A stretch of DNA of 63,814 nucleotides, counting the filler, from Bdellovibrionota bacterium (GTDB taxonomy: Bacteria > Bdellovibrionota > Bdellovibrionia > Bdellovibrionales > JAEYZS01): assembly GCA_963169515.1 (NCBI GenBank). It is 5 parts of 5 records of this genome, joined end to end, with 100 filler letters (N's around TTAATTAATTAA, not from the genome) between each part and the next. Parts side by side here need not be neighbours in the genome. Positions count along the whole stretch, not along the records: positions 58,034 to 63,814 come from CAUJEF010000061.1; 4 more parts are not named here. The stretch is one strand, 5' to 3'. Positions 61,104 to 63,814 of this stretch are shown here, one piece after another. Every line of letters begins with the position of its first letter. Position 1 is the first letter of the stretch. The notes under the pieces are model-generated. The model saw only the letters and a program-made list of their open reading frames with translations, did not search any database and was not told the DNA's origin. Position numbers and translations under genes: made by a program.

Positions 61104-61719
61104 CCTTATCTTGTTGGGACTAATTTTTGTATTGCAAAGACAAAAGACGTTAGTTTCAGAGGAAGTAAATGCGCCAATTCCAACAACGGTTTCTCCACAG
61201 CTGGAAATTGACGATCAGGCTCCGTCGTTCTCAACCGCGGTGACAGTTATTAAAAAGCCTGCGTCAAACTGGAATCAAAAAACAAATCTACTTATAAAGT
61301 TGCTAGAAAATAAAAATGACAATGACCCGCGTTATGACTCGGAGCTTAAAGTTTTAGAAGAGAATGATAAGGCCGAATTTCGTAAACTATATCATGGTCT
61401 GAAGCCAGAAAAACGCAACGAACGAGGCACAATAGTGTTTCTGCTTGGGCGGAATATTCAGTCTGTAAACGATTTAGAGTTTTTCCGCGAGGTTATAACT
61501 GAGCCCAAATGTTTAAGCATGACGAATTGCCATATATCTGAAAATACTGACGATATTACCTTGATTTATCCCCAAGTTATGGCGCTAAGAATGTTAAAAA
61601 CCAATGCCTCATTAAAGCCTGAAATACAGGCCATTTTACGGGTGGCGAGCACAAACCCAGATCCCCGAATATCTAAATTGGCAAGGGTCAGCGTCGGGTC
61701 CAGTAACATCAACAAGTAA
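61063..61719 (+). CDS. Membrane-anchored helical hypothetical protein
   Basis: N-terminal TM; HEAT-like end (NPDPRISKLAR); overlaps upstream gene. Confidence 0.7.
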   Translation: MQKRKKIYSAISTSLILLGLIFVLQRQKTLVSEEVNAPIPTTVSPQLEIDDQAPSFSTAVTVIKKPASNWNQKTNLLIKLLENKNDNDPRYDSELKVLEENDKAEFRKLYHGLKPEKRNERGTIVFLLGRNIQSVNDLEFFREVITEPKCLSMTNCHISENTDDITLIYPQVMALRMLKTNASLKPEIQAILRVASTNPDPRISKLARVSVGSSNINK

Positions 61720-61805
61720 CGATTTGATTAGTATTAATTTATACTATTTTTTATAGCTAAACTAAACTAAATTGATTTATTATAAAAGATATACAATAAG
61801 TATAC

Positions 61806-62156
61806 GTGAGACACTCGAACAGGTTGGGGGATCTGGTGCAGGAAATTAAAAATTCATATGGTATTGAAATAAATTTTTCAAATTTCACTGCAAAAGTAAA
61901 CGGGGAACGGGTGAACCTTACGCCAACAGAGTTTAAAGTTTTAAATATCCTTTTTTCTGATGCCGGTAACATCTGCTTGCGAGCGCGGCTCGAGCAAATG
62001 GTTTTTGAGGAAAGATCTTTAACCAGAAGAAACTTAGATGTCCATATCCATCATCTTCGTCACAAACTAAAACGCTTTGGTCTGACAATCACTAATTCGC
62101 GCGGGTTGGGGTATTGCTTGGATCGCGCCCGCGAGCGCAGCTTGGATGCATTTTAA
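61806..62156 (+). CDS. Stand-alone OmpR/PhoB-type winged-helix protein
   Basis: LTPTEFKVL, RNLDVHIHHLRHKL, RGLGY; no receiver domain. Confidence 0.8.
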   Translation: MRHSNRLGDLVQEIKNSYGIEINFSNFTAKVNGERVNLTPTEFKVLNILFSDAGNICLRARLEQMVFEERSLTRRNLDVHIHHLRHKLKRFGLTITNSRGLGYCLDRARERSLDAF

Positions 62157-63814
62157 GGTTCAATTTCGACAGGTGGCTTCGTTAGGGTTTCAATTGCATC
62201 TTCCACACGCTTGAGCTGCAAGCTTTCCGGTTTTTTTGTGTTGATAGCGTTTACAAGATATTTTCTTAAAATAGTATCAATGCGTGGCCGTTGACGTCGT
62301 CCGTACCAGTCGTCTATAACGCGCATCCAGTCTGATTTTAGATTTTTTTCGTCAAGGTACACAAAAAATCGGGCTGCCTGATGGGCACCGAAAATTGCGA
62401 GCATCGATCCAATGTCCAAAAGACTTCGTTTGTCGGCTATAATAAATGTTACAGCTGCAAGCGTTGGCACGACACTCATAAGTGGATAGATTACGCCAGC
62501 TGATTTTTTTGTAATGGTTCGGTCTTTTAATCGCGTGGCAGCCGCTTCAGTGAATTCGCCCTGGATCTGAGCCGTCAGTCCGTAAAAATCCCGTAGGACT
62601 TCATTTTTTGCTTGTTCTTTAATACGAACCCAATCACGATCTCGATATTCTTTTAATTGCTGGTGCAAATATCCGGGGTCGGCAAGATGCACAATGGCGG
62701 TGCTTTTATCAACAAATTGAATACTCGGATGCGTGTCCCCTTGAATATTATTTTGCAATCGATAATCTTCTATTTCTGATCGAAGGCGCTCAAATTCTTT
62801 GGTCGTGGTTCGAATTCGAATATTACCTTGGGCTGTTGCAAGCAAGAACTGTGTTACAACGCCAGTAACGACGCCTTCCAGGTATCGTTCGACCTCTTTG
62901 GTGCCCTGGGACGAAACATGAAGAGTTGCTTCCCGAGTTCCACGCAATTGGCGAAGGGGGTGAGCGATCCAACGACCAAGGCCACGCAGACCGTGTGTTT
63001 GACCAAACCAGTAGTGTTCCAAATCACGACCTAGTTCATTATAAGGAAAAACACCGATTACTTGGTCTAAGTTGTCTTTTAAAAGCGCGCTTAAAGCGCT
63101 GCGATAAATTTCAAGTTCTTCGTTTTGCTGCTGATCAATACGGATTTTTTGGGCCAACTCATCGGCAATCACATCCATGCTCTCTTCGATTGCATTTTTT
63201 CTGATCGATTCCGCGGAATGATCAAGATCTAAAATAAGTTTATCAAACTTTGGTGATTGGCCAATTGGGGTAAGCTCGGGCGGGCCGCTTTGGTTCATAA
63301 TAGCATAGGAACCGAGTACGGATGACGGCATTTCACCTTGTGCTTTTGGATAAATGGCGTGTGCGACCTCATGAATATGTAAGACAGCCTGTTCTTCGGA
63401 CACTCTGGGGCCAGCCCGATAAACCAAAATAGATTTTCGGTTTCCCATCTCAGTGAATTTTTGCCGAATGTATTCCAGGTTGGATTCACTTTTATAGTTT
63501 TCAGTCGAAAAAACAAACATCACGACATCGGCCCACAGAGTTGCTTGATCCGCCACGGGTCTTTCTGATTTGACGTCAAATGACGGCGTATCAATAAAAA
63601 TCAAGTTTTTCAGAGGACTATCAATCGAATAGGCCAGAGGCGCCCCCTCATAAGACGACGTATCGGCATCGGTCCATAGTTTAAGCGGGGATCCAAATCG
63701 ACGTTCGAGCTTGCGTTTTTGTTCTAATGTGGAATCCGCTATCAGCATAACGGGTCGAGATGTTTCACCGCCCCATGTTCCCACCTTGGATATTTCCCGC
63801 GGAGGTAGCACCCC
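62153..63814 (-). CDS. Dynamin-like / TRAFAC GTPase-related protein (5' partial)
   Basis: LIFIDTPSFD and WADVVMFVFS motifs, helical stalk, two C-terminal hydrophobic helices; G1 lies outside the window. Confidence 0.6.
   Translation of the reverse strand, partial: GVLPPREISKVGTWGGETSRPVMLIADSTLEQKRKLERRFGSPLKLWTDADTSSYEGAPLAYSIDSPLKNLIFIDTPSFDVKSERPVADQATLWADVVMFVFSTENYKSESNLEYIRQKFTEMGNRKSILVYRAGPRVSEEQAVLHIHEVAHAIYPKAQGEMPSSVLGSYAIMNQSGPPELTPIGQSPKFDKLILDLDHSAESIRKNAIEESMDVIADELAQKIRIDQQQNEELEIYRSALSALLKDNLDQVIGVFPYNELGRDLEHYWFGQTHGLRGLGRWIAHPLRQLRGTREATLHVSSQGTKEVERYLEGVVTGVVTQFLLATAQGNIRIRTTTKEFERLRSEIEDYRLQNNIQGDTHPSIQFVDKSTAIVHLADPGYLHQQLKEYRDRDWVRIKEQAKNEVLRDFYGLTAQIQGEFTEAAATRLKDRTITKKSAGVIYPLMSVVPTLAAVTFIIADKRSLLDIGSMLAIFGAHQAARFFVYLDEKNLKSDWMRVIDDWYGRRQRPRIDTILRKYLVNAINTKKPESLQLKRVEDAIETLTKPPVEIEP

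Overview
Draft-assembly window of five separate contigs joined by artificial 100-nt linkers (N44-TTAATTAATTAA-N44 at 13021, 34275, 41238, 57934), so adjacency across linkers is not biological. Gene content, lipoprotein style (e.g. GYQNC lipobox), many secreted hypotheticals and frequent sigma28/sigma54-like promoters suggest a Bdellovibrionota-like bacterium; this is an inference. Recognisable genes include an FAH-family hydrolase, maiA, ltaE, gcvP, a TIGR01212 radical SAM protein, an MnmC-type methyltransferase, epmA, IHF, a CHASE2 adenylate cyclase, rsmI, a VKOR-DsbA fusion, argS, pyk, comM, a Xer recombinase, a gingipain-like C25 peptidase, an M48 peptidase, ssb, a gspGHIJKLMN cluster and chrA. 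No rRNA, tRNA or CRISPR array was seen. The most unusual signals are non-coding. (1) Two long REPIN-like palindromes (99-188, 1461-1568) share a 28-bp core: one fills the space between two convergent stop codons, the other between two divergent start codons. Flipping the intervening 1.4 kb would give a co-directional FAH-maiA operon. (2) The 3' end of an IS1-like transposase is followed by a highly structured ~150-nt region with CsrA-type GGA loops, present in inverted orientation at both ends of the 21-kb second contig, each time just after a host stop codon.
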